64,000 bases of DNA from Phoronis australis (Eukaryota > Animalia > Phoronida), in the NCBI GenBank assembly GCA_002633005.1, contig NMRA01000289.1, positions 158,792-222,791 on the forward strand, given 5' to 3'. Numbering within the stretch: the stretch's first letter is position 1; every line of letters begins with the position of its first letter. Positions 25,347-38,335 of this stretch are shown here, piece after piece. A model generated the notes under the pieces. It searched no databases. It saw only the letters and a list, made by a program, of their open reading frames with translations, and was not told where the DNA came from. A program made the translations under genes and the position numbers.

Positions 25347-28300
25347 AATTTTAAGTATCAGTCCACGGATCCACCGACCACAGTACAGCCAACAAGCGGC
25401 AAGGTGGGGGGTCAACCATTCAGATCCATGTTTAGTCTGATAAATCACATTAGGGATGAGAGAAAATGGGTGAAGTATGACACCACAAAGTTTGGTGGTT
25501 TAGGAGATACAAGGGAAGTGTTCTGGGGGGCAAAATGAGGCAATTTCTTGGTGTGGAATGAGTCATTTTTGACCAAATTTTCTACTCCAGTTTCTGCTTC
25601 AAACAGAATCGTTTCTGAACAATTTTGATATCACATGATAGGTTCATGACCAATGTCAGTAAAAACGGCACCGACACTGCAATATCGGTTACCATGGTAA
25701 CACTGGAACTGTTTCCGTGGAGGTACATTTCCGTCTTGTGAAAAACCAGCAGTAAGCTGTACCCTTATAGCGAAGCTGCCCCCGCGAGAAAACTAAAAAT
25801 AATAACATGGACATGTAGAAGACTCCATGCCCTTGAAATTAATACAATAAAAACTTTGTCAGCCCTTCAGGCAGGCTTGGTAATAGGTGTCTGAATTTCA
25901 CTATTTTCAGACCGCGTATGTGTATTTGTCATGTTAAACCAGTCACTAGTTGTGCGCCGTTTCTACGCATTAATATGCCGTGGTATAATACAACAATTAA
26001 AACAATTGGTTTGCTTAAATGTTTTTAATTAATTTTAAGGACACTAGCATTTCCCAATAAAATATGAAATTATACTAAATTTGTTCATCCAATTCGTCTG
26101 AATACCAAACTAAAGCTTACAATGCGTTAGTTGAATGATGGCTGACCTAAAGTGCGGGTTTGCGAATTTATCTATTTATCTGGCACTGCCAGTCGCATCG
26201 AATGTGGTATTTCTACAAATTGCGGGGAGAAACAACTTTGGAAACTCTAGGGAAATACACAAGGTATAGAGCGAGACATTTGAGCACCTTATAAGAGTAC
26301 GTGGAGCTGATGTGGAGGTGGAACGTGTCCTCCTGAGTAGTCTGTCTCAGTGTCTGCCTCGGAGGCACTGTGTGCAGCAGGAGCTACATAATCTACCGTA
26401 TTAGGTTCACTTGCCCGAATCATCGTTACAACACTCGAGATATATTGGCGTCGCCAAAGACACTTAGAACATTCACTGCACACTAGAGGAGAAATCTGAT
26501 AGAGGTCTGAAAAATTACCAAAGACGTTTAAAGCCAAGGTTCAACGTCCTGCTTCGTGTGAGCTCAGGTAGGAATCACTAAACTCCAGGGTCTGACCCTG
26601 AGGAATATTTTTAGAAGCCCGTCATTCATGCAAAAATACTTTTATTGACACAAAGTGATTGCTTATAGCTTTGGCCTTATTGCTTAATCATATCTTATCC
26701 AAATGTGTTGATGTTTATGCAACTACATGTATACAATGGCATAGAAAATAAGGTTGTCATCATAACTTTTCATAACAACCACCAAATGTGTAACATGACT
26801 TCTGCCCATGAAATACTTTTAGAGACTAGGGAGTATGTTTTGTCTACCAATGATTTTCTGCGATTGTGAAGTTAATTAAACATGCTAAAGCCGTCAAAAA
26901 TATTGGTCCCTTCACTTATTTTAGCTTGGTATTCATATTTTGTGAGCCGAAATGGCCACATTAAATTTAATATGTTTAATTTTTCATTAATACAATTTTA
27001 GGAATCGGGAAAGGCTTATGCTGAAGAAGTGGCTTCTGCTGAAGTTGGAGACTTGCCGATTATTAGTAAAGGTTGGGTATGGAAAATTTCACAACCAGCG
27101 AGAAGATACCCTTCTGGACAACTAAGTGAGGGGGCTAGAGAGAGGCCGAAAAGTCTACTCCCAGAAGATATGTAAAAGAGAATTTGTAGCTTGAGGAACG
27201 AGTTGGGGAAAAAGCATTTGCCAAAGATTACTGGCTTATACCACAACAGGTCCAAAGTAATTTGTTGAGATAGGCCACTCTCAACAAATGTGGGGAAACT
27301 GGGACAGAGGAAGTGGAGTATGCATAGAAAGAGGCAATCTGCGATTGTCAAGGATGTAGCATTGTAAAAATTCAATGGGAGGAAACAGTACAGTGGCTGG
27401 ACCTGTAAATACTCTGGCTGATCTGCTAAATCCAGTGGGGGCATTATTGTATCAGCACAGCTGTGTAGGGAAGTAGGCCTGTGTGTTGTCGCAAGCTTTG
27501 TTTGCACCAGAACTGCTTGTGTGAACAGCACAAGTCTAAAATTTACCTAGTCTAAGACTGAGTTTTTGTCCAGGCACGGATTATGATCCTGGGCCACATG
27601 GTAATGGTACATTGTTCATTTTGTTTAGCCACTGGATTTTTTGGTCTGACAGGATTACTCAGTGTCGCCATCACATTTAGATGATTTCTGACCTCTGTAC
27701 TATTTCTTTTCCTTGAAGATGCGTAATTGATCTGAATTTATGTTTCCGCATTTTATTTACCATTGTAGATTTTTGTTTGTAAATGGGTATATATTACTGA
27801 AATTTGAGACCCTGTTGCAGTTAGGCTGGTTTTGTTAACTTATCTTTCTGCCTGGGTTGTAAACCCATATTCTGTCCAGGAGGTAATAAGTTTTGATTTA
27901 GACCATTTACCTCTATAAACTTTGCTCAGTTTGTTCCTTATCCAGATGGGAAGTGATTTCTGGAATTGTAGCGAATTGACAGTTTGCTATTCCTTGAGAC
28001 CATGCTGTGTGTATAAAATCGCACACTATTAGTCTGGTCTTTAGCAATTGCATATTGCCAGATCTTTCAAAGTTCTGAAATTGCTCAAAAGTGACCTGGA
28101 AGTAATACCTATTTCGTGATGGTAAAATATCTAAATCAAAAGTTGTTTTATGTGATTTTAGGCGAGTTTATGTCCACTTCAAATGATTTTTTGTTGCAGT
28201 ACTGAAAAGTATTGGCACATTAGCTCTGGTGGCTCCTTGTTTTTTTGGCGAATTGACCATTTTATGGTTCCCATGGGTAATTTTGTTACTGGTCTAGTAT

Positions 28301-30398
28301 GTATGTACAACTGTAATCGTAGGGCAATTGTAATGCAAACCATGTTGCAAAAGTATTTTTTCATGACCATTTCATTGTAAAATGCTGCCTAATTGGAACC
28401 GACAAGCCAATTTTTCATTTTGTGGTGGTTAGTTTTGATAAGAACATTGATGTGGTAAATACAGCTACCTCAAGTTTGTGAAGAAGAGATTTCCAGTGTT
28501 GTCAGCGATATTGCGAAATCACTTTTTCGCAGTGAGACTACATCACCTTAAATGTAATTCCCTGACTTTATGAGCTTTGTGTGGTTGACTCTGTCCTGTA
28601 GCAATTAGAGTGTTGAAAAGATCTAGAAGGCAATTTTTTATTAGAGTCATAACATTTGCACTTTTGACTGTACAGTTATCTTTGCATTGTATTACGAAAA
28701 CATATTTTGTAGTACACAAGTCTCTGGTTGGTATTTTATATTTTTTCACAAGGAATATTTTCAACTTAGATGAGTTGTCTGTGAGGTAGGCAATTTTCAA
28801 ATAAGATAATGAATAAAATTGTCAAACATTGTTTTATTTTTTAGATGTGTGATCTTCCAATAAGTGATTACTTTTAAAAAACCTGTGCAGAATTTGATTT
28901 TTACTCTTCATTTGAAGGAGAATAAATCCATAAACCTGCATTGTCTAGAAATTTTACTCAAACTACATATTACAGGGTTGGGGATTGGAATCTTAATACA
29001 ACAGAGTCTGAACCCGTACCATGAGCAATACAACACAATACACGGATATAAAAATTTGGTGTTTAGGTTCCACGGAAAGGATTCGTGTGCGCGGTAATAG
29101 TTACTAAGGTGCGTGGTCATTGTTTGTGGATACTTTGGGATTCCTCTTCTGTGGTCATCCACGGGAAACCTGGTCGCATAGAGAACAATAGATTAGTATC
29201 TTCATTGTTTCCGTTGTTATAATAAAGATATAATGACGAGCACTTATCGGCAACGGTCTCAGTGATGTACGCAAGGTTCTATATCCATGCGACCTGTGTT
29301 GTTACATCCAACAATGACACAACAAAGGAAAACAATGATAGGACCGATGGGCGAAAAACATGCGACGAGTTGCCATGGACAGTGGTGGAGTTTGTCTTGT
29401 CATTCGAATGTTTTTACAGAACTGCAAACCCGGTATTTCGTCAGGAAAATTTCTGCGGTCTTTTGTTTTAAGTCGTGGGAAAAATTGCGGTCATGCAACA
29501 AAACTTATCCTTCATTTGATATTACAATGCATTGCATGAACATTTGATCAACAGAAAATCTGACTTGAATATGTGTGAAGAAATACCCATGAGGAAATTG
29601 CAAAGTAAAACAACTGTAAATCAAAATAACCTACATTTGTCGAGTTCATGTCTAACCCTGTTCACTGTGGAGGACATAATCGGCTTTTTACAAAATGGAG
29701 CCATGTATGGTATTTAGGGGTACTATAGCCCTAAGTGATCAGTAGTAAAACGTTCAAAACATTCAGGAGGAACTAACTTGTTGCAAAATATCGAAAAACA
29801 TGAAGGACAATCGGATTTTACGGTGCTCACGCATCGATCTCAGATGTATGAAAATTTCTCATTTTAGTACATTTGAGGTGCCAAAATATATAACTAATAA
29901 ACTGGCTGACAAAGTTTTTATTTTATGAAATGAAAGTAACATGTTTTGTCAACATTTTGGCTAAGTTTCATTCTCTTAGCAGTGGGGGCAGATTTGGTAC
30001 AGCAGTGTACTGAACACAACCTCAAAATGGCATAACGGGGGGCAGTGTAGTAAAACTACTAAATGAGGGTGATAAATCGGAATCGTGTTTCAAGACATCT
30101 GTGTAACAATCTACAGGCACCACTAAACAATGCCAAGTGAATAATAAATCAATAGCTTTCATTCAAGGAAAAATATGAACAGTTAAAACTGGACAGTTTT
30201 TATACCGTGAAAACATGGCTGCGAAGCCGTAAAATGTGTTTGAGCCTATAACTTTAGAAAAACGCAATATTTTGAGGAAATATTTTACCACTGTTTATAG
30301 ATCCTATAGGACTACCTATGTGCCAAATTTGGTGAAAATCGGCTGACCCCCAGCTTGCCGCTCATGGCTGGTGCTCTCGTGGACTAATACTTAAAATT
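25347..30398. mobile_element. ~5-kb TIR DNA element (Academ-like TAGTCCACG core termini), decayed interior
   Basis: Left AATTTTAAGTATCAGTCCACG..CAGCCA..AGCGGCAAGGTGGGGGGTCA is the reverse complement of right TGACCCCCAGCTTGCCGCT..TGGCTG..CGTGGACTAATACTTAAAATT. Confidence 0.6.
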
Positions 30399-31295
30399 AC
30401 CGTGGCAAAATTCGGCGGAAATAGCGCCGCCACAGGATTCACCGGCTCGTCAACTAGCCCATTGACCGCCTGTCTTATAAGCTGAGAACCCAACGATGGT
30501 GTATTTATTCTTCGACATGTCAATTCAACTACGTCAAAACAAACTTAGGACCCTATTTGACAAGTCTCAAAACTAGTAGTACTGGTATTCAGCATATCAA
30601 CTGAGAAATTTGAGTCCTATTACTTTGCTAAACACTGTGTATCAGTTAGTAGCTGGATCTGTATAGCAAATATGCTTAAAAGGTTTCACAGAAGGTTATG
30701 TCAAATAATCAAAATCGTTTTATAAAACTTATGAACTATACTGAAAGCCAAAACATTCCATGGCAGACTCCTTCTGCAAATTGATTTTAAAAATGCTTTT
30801 GATAGACTATAATGGAATTTCATGTCCGAACGTTCTTTCGGAATTTTAGCAGATGTGTTCCTATGTATATGGCAACAGATGACTACAAGTTTCAGACCAG
30901 TGCAATTATAGCTGTGCTCCTTAGTATCAATTTTATTGTTTACATTTGCCTCTCATTGAGTTTCTTTTATCTTTGTAGTTCTTTGATGGATTTTCATAAA
31001 AATGGCAAATAATTCTGAGACCACATCTTCCCATTTTTGGATAGGTTTAAGGTATTCTGAGCCATCCAATGGACGCCCAAAAAAGAACACCGTTTGCGGT
31101 GCTGTCGCGTGGGCATTTCAACGCTCCGCGTTGCTGTTATACGAGGCATTACATCAGTGTACTGTACAAAAGTGAAAAGAATATCTTAATTTGAAACCAC
31201 ATTTTATTATTGAAACGTTGGACACCACTGAGTCTATTTTTAATGAGTAAAGTTTTCACTCATTGATACGGTTGTACTTCGGGAGCATGTTTTCG

Positions 31296-31766
31296 GTTAT
31301 AGAGAATTTGTTAAATGCACGACACTTTTCATTGTTCACAGTCTTTATTCCGTTACGTTCGTACTTTCGGAACAAAGCTCTACTCAACTGAACATAATTC
31401 CAGTAACTGACCTAGCGACGTAATTAAAAGACACACGATATTTCGAAACATACTTGTTTCATTCTCAAGTGAAGATAAAATGACGCAGTAATGCCACCAC
31501 TGAGTATAAGCTGATGACACACACAGTGAAATAATGGAAAGAATGACTAATGAAGGGGGGTTAAAGGAAAGTCACGCGAACAAGTGTAACGTGTATTTCA
31601 CACCCGCCGTGTCTCACTGTGTTTATCTTCATTTGAGAATGAAACAAGGTCAGTTACTGTATCTATGTTCAGTTGAGAGTAGAGTTTTGTTCCGAAAGTA
31701 CGAACGTAACGGAATAAAGACTGTGAACAATGAAAAGTGTCGTGTATTTAACAAATTCTGTATAAC
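31296..31766. mobile_element. Fold-back MITE with ~140-bp inverted arms
   Basis: 31296-31478 is the reverse complement of 31622-31766, apart from a ~40-bp indel. Confidence 0.8.
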
Positions 31767-32346
31767 TCATTGATACATGTACATGTACTCAATAACTCGT
31801 CTCGGTCAATTGCAAGGGTAAACGGTGTATGCATGTGCTGTACTTACATTAATGCTATTGTGCCTGTGTATTTTTTGTTTGACGAATAAAAGGTCGGCAA
31901 AGTTTTGACTTAGAAAACTATTGTTGGTGAGACATCTTGAGATGAGAGTTTTACATGTATCTCATATCTTATACTCAGGTATCTTATCTCCAGACTCCAA
32001 TCGATTTTGGCTACTGTGTACCTTGACCTCGTTTTTCAATATTTTAGCGAGCCTTTTGAGAGTTCGGCTTAAGAATTTTTGATTCGCGCTATGTCTAGAA
32101 GGAAGGTTTACACTATGTTCATATTTGAAACCTTTCCTTGTATTCAAGGTCACATCGAGAATAATTGAAGGTACATCGCACCACGAAAGTTCGCTTTTAA
32201 AGCAAAACTATTGTCTTTACACAAAGAATTTAAAACGACACAAAATTACCCCCTTTAAAGTGCATGCATCTAGAAGCGGCTAATTTTAAAGTTCGTGCTT
32301 CTGTTCTAGCCTAAATCAAATGTATTCTTGTAATTCTTTTCAGAAA

Positions 32347-33351
32347 ATGGCGAAGTCTGTCGAAAGGTTGGCACACTTGATGAGTCACTTGGCTCGTGCT
32401 GAAACCACTCCTTCCATTAGCATGAAAAGCACATACATTCCTAAACGTCTTGCATCTTCGGAAGCAGAAGCCGTGCTGCAGACTCGAAAATCGATCGGTG
32501 TCCTAGGTTCTAAAATTAGTTACTTGGACACTGGCTATGATACAGACGAACGGGTAGTAATTTTTGTTCACGGCAACCCAACAAGCTCCTATCTTTGGCG
32601 AAACGTCATACCCCATGTCCAGAGCGTCGCGCGATGCATCGCGCCTGATCTCATTGGTATGGGAATGTCGGATAAGGAACCCAACCACGTGTACACATTT
32701 GCAAGTCACTACAAATACTTCTCTGCCTGGATGGATAGTATCAAACTTCCGGAGAAGGTTGTATTTGTCTTGCACGATTGGGGTGGTGGACTAGGATTCC
32801 ATTGGTGCAATCAACACCGAGAAAGAGTAAAAGCGCTTGCGTACACGGAGACGCTTGTTAGGTCCATTCCTAGCTGGGATAACTTTCCTGAAGTGGCTCG
32901 AAATATCTTTCAAGCTATTCGGTCCAGCGCAGGCGAAGATATTGTGCTGAACAAGAACATGTTCGTGGAGAGGCTGCTTCCTGGAGCTATACAGAGAGAA
33001 CTAACTCTGGAAGAGATGGACAACTATCGTCGACCGTTCAAGGAGCCTGGGGAATCGAGACGTCCCACACTTACTTTCCCACGAGAGATTCCGGTAGTCT
33101 CGGATGGACCGCAGTACGTTGTAGATTTAGTAAATGATTATAACAAGTGGCTGAAATCCGATGATTCTATTCCGAAGTTGTTCATCGACGCGGATCCGGG
33201 ATTCTTTAGTCCAGGCATCCGCCGTGAAGTGAAGAGTTGGCCAAACCAACGCATTGTCGTGGTAAAGGGCTTACACTTCGTCCAAGAAGATTCACCCCAC
33301 CAAATTGGACAAGCCGTGGCTAATCTTGTCAAAGAGGTATATCGAATTTAG
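32347..33351 (+). CDS. Renilla-luciferase-like / haloalkane dehalogenase (HLD-II alpha/beta hydrolase), 334 aa, uninterrupted CDS
   Basis: HGNPTSSYLWRN, APDLIGMG.S, nucleophile HDWG, acid YTE, RRPTLTFPREIP and GLHFVQEDSP (catalytic His) are all intact. The acceptor ttcttttcag at 32343 makes ATG 32347 the likely start. Confidence 0.93.
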   Translation: MAKSVERLAHLMSHLARAETTPSISMKSTYIPKRLASSEAEAVLQTRKSIGVLGSKISYLDTGYDTDERVVIFVHGNPTSSYLWRNVIPHVQSVARCIAPDLIGMGMSDKEPNHVYTFASHYKYFSAWMDSIKLPEKVVFVLHDWGGGLGFHWCNQHRERVKALAYTETLVRSIPSWDNFPEVARNIFQAIRSSAGEDIVLNKNMFVERLLPGAIQRELTLEEMDNYRRPFKEPGESRRPTLTFPREIPVVSDGPQYVVDLVNDYNKWLKSDDSIPKLFIDADPGFFSPGIRREVKSWPNQRIVVVKGLHFVQEDSPHQIGQAVANLVKEVYRI

Positions 33352-33939
33352 GAAAAAAGATGAAGTTAACGTTTCTTCTTCATACCTACTGTGATTAATT
33401 TCCGAAGTAAAAACAAATCACGCATGCAGTGAATTTTTGTAGGCCTTAGTTTTTCAACCAAGTGCTTTTCATTAGTTACCAAATGTTTTCTTTACCTTAG
33501 TCAGAACTCGAAAACGACATTTCTAATGCAAATGGAATTACGACCATGATTTTCAGTCTGAGGCAAACGTGCATTGCTTCTAAAGGAAATCGAATATTTT
33601 CCCTTTATGGAAGCTGGATTCTGCAGCTGACTTTTAAAGATCGAGATCTGGTGTCACGCCTTGACAATTTTGTTTTCACTGTTGGTTAGCTCTTGTGCAT
33701 GTCCCCTATGGAGAAGAAGTTGACTTAAACGAAATCGTCAACTGTTTGGCTTGATCAAGCCGTGACAGTTAGACGTTGGCAGCGTTAGGTTTTCATGAAA
33801 ACACGCTCTCATTTGAGACAGAATCAGAAGCTGGATTAATAGTTCGAAACGTGTGTGAGTAGGATACATCCGTTCATTATGACTGCATCTGATACATGTA
33901 GCACTAATGCGACCTTTGATATCAACAACGTATTGACAT

Positions 33940-34460
33940 TGCAGCGTTCTGTCGTTCAGTAACTTTTCCAGACGTGAGGGGTGCTGAACGTTGGATAACA
34001 TCTGGCTCTTTTATTAACTGCCCAGCTCAGTCTTTTGTCCCGTATGATAACAAGCAGGCCAATTATCTCCCAGGCTTCAAAGGAAACGAGTGCGTTGGTA
34101 ATCCGTTTGGACAGAATAGATTGCCTTAACTTCTGTTGTAGTTGGACGATTTTTGGTGATTCAAAAACGGAAAATGATCAGCATTTGACGAGGAATTCGG
34201 AAATGCTATTTGAGTTAAGCTCAAATATGTTATAACTTAACTTCCATTTTTATCATCCCAGCCCAGTCGGGCTAGGTAGGACCTGATCGGAGATTAGAGC
34301 AATTATCGAACAAAAGAGCAGAGGCCCTCCAACCATAAATGCCAGAATGGAGTTAATCAGTCGTGAAAGATATTGTCTACGGGGGTAAACTTCCCAACTT
34401 CTTGTTGGGCTATAGAATCGAACAAGTTGGGAGCAACGGGATGTCGCCGTCATGTAGTGT
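33940..34460. repeat. Dispersed repeat; paralog at 58120-58264 + 59257-59385
   Basis: Direct sequence identity, e.g. CTGTCGTTCAGTAACTTTTCCAGACGTGAGGGGTGCT and GGGGGTAAACTTCCCAACTT. Confidence 0.85.
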
Positions 34461-34739
34461 ATTCATATTATGTCTGACGCTCTCTTTGGCCATCTCTGAA
34501 ATTCGACCCCTCCCCTAGAGACCCTGAGCATGACCGATGTCATATTCTGAGCAATGTTGCACAGCAGTTGAACTGCAAACACATTTTTAATGAAAATTTT
34601 TCGTTTCAACACCAAAATTGCCATGTCAGAAGCACTGAATGCTGTACGAAGTCAGTGGTGACTCATTCCTTACTAACTGTCCCATTAAAAATTATTAAGC
34701 AAACCTAGAACGGCTGCACGAAGCTTTCAATCATTCGCC

Positions 34740-34898
34740 CAGTGGGGGATTTAGATGGGGTCCAAGGGGTCCATGCACCCCCTGAAACTCCTAGATTCCA
34801 TTTGGCAATTTGGGGTGCGAATGTCTGACGGGCAAAATCCTGGCTAATACTCTGCCCTACCCCCCCCCCCCCAGCTAAAAATCATGGATACGCCCCTG
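34740..34898. mobile_element. Short hAT-type MITE
   Basis: CAGTGGGGGAT...ATACGCCCCTG termini; 8-bp flanks CATTCGCC / CATGCGCC (1 mismatch). Confidence 0.65.
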
Positions 34899-35595
34899 CA
34901 TGCGCCGGGGTGCAGGAAAGTGGGAGCGAAAATTGTTATCCAGCGATTGCTAATCGACTGTAGACGGAGCAGCATGAAATTTCCCGTGCACGACGCAACC
35001 TCGGTCGGGCTCACGCGATGTGCGACCTAGTTATCATGTTTGCTTTGTAACCAACTCTGCTTTGGCTCCGTCTCATTCGGCTGCTGCCGTTCACTATCTA
35101 CACTACTTTGAACGCGCGATATCCGGCGGGCAGGTATGGCTGTATTGTGTATGGGGGCCTAAACAAAAAGGTATCTGAACAAAAATATTTCTCATCGCAT
35201 AATGGATAAAACCCAGACACACGTCGTCGGGAGATGTTAGCCACAACGACATTTGCAAAGGATAAGCGTTTCAAAAAAAAAAAGTTTCGTAAACACGCAA
35301 GTTGATGTCAGGCGTGCATGTTCACTGACACAGTCGGAAGTCGAACAGCACGGTCTAATTGAAAACAAACGAAACCAGGCGTGCGCTCAGTAACGCTAAG
35401 ACCTACGCTAGGACCTATCTTAAATCTAGCCAAAGTCATGTCTTCCCATTGAAAACCAATTTAATTTGTCTTTTTTACGCGTTAATCGGTCTCACCTCTT
35501 ACACGGTCGACCTCACCTTGCCGAGAGGTGTCGCGTTAACCCGTGAGGAAGGTGAGAAACGACACGGCGACGTCGGTTTTTCCTCTGCAGAGTGA

Positions 35596-35945
35596 ATGCC
35601 GCTTAATTGCGGGGCATCGTTCCCGCTTGTACGAACAACGAAGATGCGAAAAAAGCGGGTATATCGTTTTTTCGACTTCCTCGGGAGCCCGAAATGCTTA
35701 GGATGTGGCTCGCGGCAGTGAAGAGTAAAAGGTACGCTGTTAATAGCAAGTATGAGGCCGTGAAACATCTGTGTGTCTGTTGCCGGCATTTCGTCGACAG
35801 TGAGTTCTCTGACGAATTCCGGCTTACCTGAGAACTATCCATACGTTCCGTTGCCTGTGCATGTTCACGGCGCCTCCCTAGTATTTCTTGATCAGTGTAT
35901 TACGGTTCGAACTGATATCTTGTGAAACCTGCCATCCGACCCGTG
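35596..35945 (+). pseudogene. THAP-domain remnant of a DNA transposon
   Basis: IVPACTN..GISFFRLPREPE..WLAAVK..VCCRHFVDSEF, frameshifted at the start, stop at 35831. About 220 bp upstream (35375-35430) is an end related to the MITE at 54069-54218. Confidence 0.75.
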
Positions 35946-37739
35946 AAGTCTTCGTCGGATGAGCTCTTGACTAAGTTGGGATTGGCGCTGTAGACGTTTA
36001 CTATTCTGCGTTGTCTTTCAAAAGTAATTACTCTCATCCTAACCAATGTTTATAAGAAACTGAAACAAAGTCTGTCTCATTAAAATTTGTGTTGCCTTGG
36101 AGTGCTCTCGTTAGTGCAAACGTTTTGAGAAGCCAGCATAATGAATAAACCACTGCGTTACCGGCTTTTGATGCCGGCACAACAAAGGTAATTGACCGGG
36201 CACCGAGGCCATGTGAGCGCATGGTAATTCAGTGTTGGCTGACAGAAAGCTGTTGTGAAACAATTATTCGATTTTATATCAGGGCCGTAGGAAGCGGGGG
36301 GGNGGGGGTCGGGGATGCACGCCCCCCAAAAAAATTTTTCGGGCGTCAGGGTTAAACCGTGGCAACCGACGCGTGGGGCGGGGACAGTCGAGAAAAGAAA
36401 GACTTCTAAATGCGGTTAAGAGAGAAAACTCAAGAGGACATTTTTCAACTCTGTATCAGTGCATGGTTTACATTTTGAGGACCCTGGCCATGACGTTGTT
36501 GGGGTCTACGCTTTCACAGCTCAGGTCGTCTAAACGCACTTGGAAACGTGAACGTAATCATTAATGCACACATTTCGAAAAATCGAGAATATTTGTTAAG
36601 CGAAGCTCTCGCGGAGCGTATTAATTTACTGGATTTTTAAATTCAGTAAGTCAATTTTGGGACTGCAAAACCATATTTTTCCAGACGCCCCTCTCTGGCA
36701 AAGGATAACGGAGACGACTGCCGCTTTTTCTCGAATTGTATATCACTTCAGCAAAATTGATGACCTGACAGATATCATCAATTGCTGCACATTTCTTGAT
36801 TTTTGAAAATATAGATATTTTCACAAAGAGGGGCCATTGATGATATTCAAGTGACCACAGTTTTTATATTTCTATTGACAAATGCTTAAGGATAAGCTCA
36901 CGGAAAGAGGACCCTATGTTGGATTCGATTACGTCTATTTTCCTGTTTTTTGTGACATCGTGCAACCAACTTTCATGTTGAAGAAGGTCACTTCCTGCAC
37001 CGTCGTCTGACCACACGACAGTGGAATGAACTGTCACTCTTTCCAAGCTTAATGATGTTTAGATTTTCATTATTAAGGTGTGCCATTTCAGACGGGACCC
37101 TCTCTTGGTGGAGCAGTTCAGAGAAATGTCCTTTGTCCCTCTTTACATGTAAATCCGACACTGCCAAGTATTCACAAGGGAAGTTGTGATTCGAAATTCA
37201 TCAAAAAAATGCAAAACATTCATGCACATCAGAGCAGTATCAAGACATTCGAACCAAACAACCGAAGAAAGTTTGAAAAAATACAATAGGATTGACCGCC
37301 ATCAGGGAGTTAGAAATTTTAAAGAACGTGAATACCGTTGTTTGTTAATTACACAAAAGGACCATTTTCTGTGATTAGTTATAAAACAATGTTACTGTTC
37401 CCCATATTATCACTAGAATAGTATCTCTTTTGAAGATGGTTACTATAGGAATTCCCACATGTGGAAAACACTGCTGTCGAGCGCTGCCATTGGGGTGATC
37501 GTGTACATGTCGAACAAGTGTACCCAAATATTCGCAATAATAAACAAATTAAACAAGTATTTCAGCGTTTTTTTTTTTAGGTCAAGTTGAATTCGTGAAT
37601 CGTTATAGATACCTGGGAAAGAGCAAAAATACACCTCACTATGAATGCCCAATCCCCATATTCCCCCGGTTACCCGTCAAAAGTCTGCGACCATGCGTGC
37701 GGAAATTGCTTATAACATTCCGTTTTGATTAACAAACTC

Positions 37740-38335
37740 GTTGGTTTCTGATATACATGTTTATGTATCCACGAAAACCGACAGGTTAATATTAGGTGAT
37801 TTCTGGCTATTAGAAGCTAATCTTTTCTGAAATGATGACGATTCAGGGAATTAAATTGATGCCTGAATGTGGAAAAAAATATAATCCGATCCCCAAATAG
37901 TAAAGTGCACTTGGACGCTTTTTGCCTATCTAAAATAACTCTCAAAAACATTGATGAAATTTGGACACTTTCCAAAAAAATTTACTCAAGATTCAAATGA
38001 CAATAAATGCATTGTTTTTTGACTGCGGTTCAAGATTTGTTGTTTAAAGTCACTAACAGGGGATTAAATGAAGGTAAACGCATTGCTCATGGATTTGATT
38101 GTTGGTTTCTGATTTACATGTTTATGTATCTACGAAAAGTGGACTGATTGAGAGATGATTTTTGACAATTAGAAGCTAATCTTGTAAAAATGACAATACT
38201 TCAATGCATTTAATTGCAGGCCGACATTGGGAAAATTCGACCTATCATCAGATCCCCAAATTTAAAAGTACACTAAACGATTTCTGTCTATGTGAAATAA
38301 GTCTTAAGGAAATTGATGAATTTCGGACAACTTTT
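37740..38335. repeat. Diverged tandem duplication, period ~361 bp
   Basis: GTTGGTTTCTGAT.TACATGTTTATGTATC.ACGAAAA at 37740 and 38101, followed by collinear AGAAGCTAATCTT and GATCCCCAAAT blocks. Confidence 0.75.

Noticed and set aside
32320-32346. Upstream ATG giving the 343-aa ORF
   Set aside because: It lies in a polypyrimidine tract/acceptor (ttcttttcag at 32343); ATG 32347 has better context (AAAATGG).
34380-34455. Penelope-like RT remnant (DGDIP / SQLVRF in adjacent minus frames)
   Set aside because: Only two short motifs in different frames; not enough to classify the repeat.
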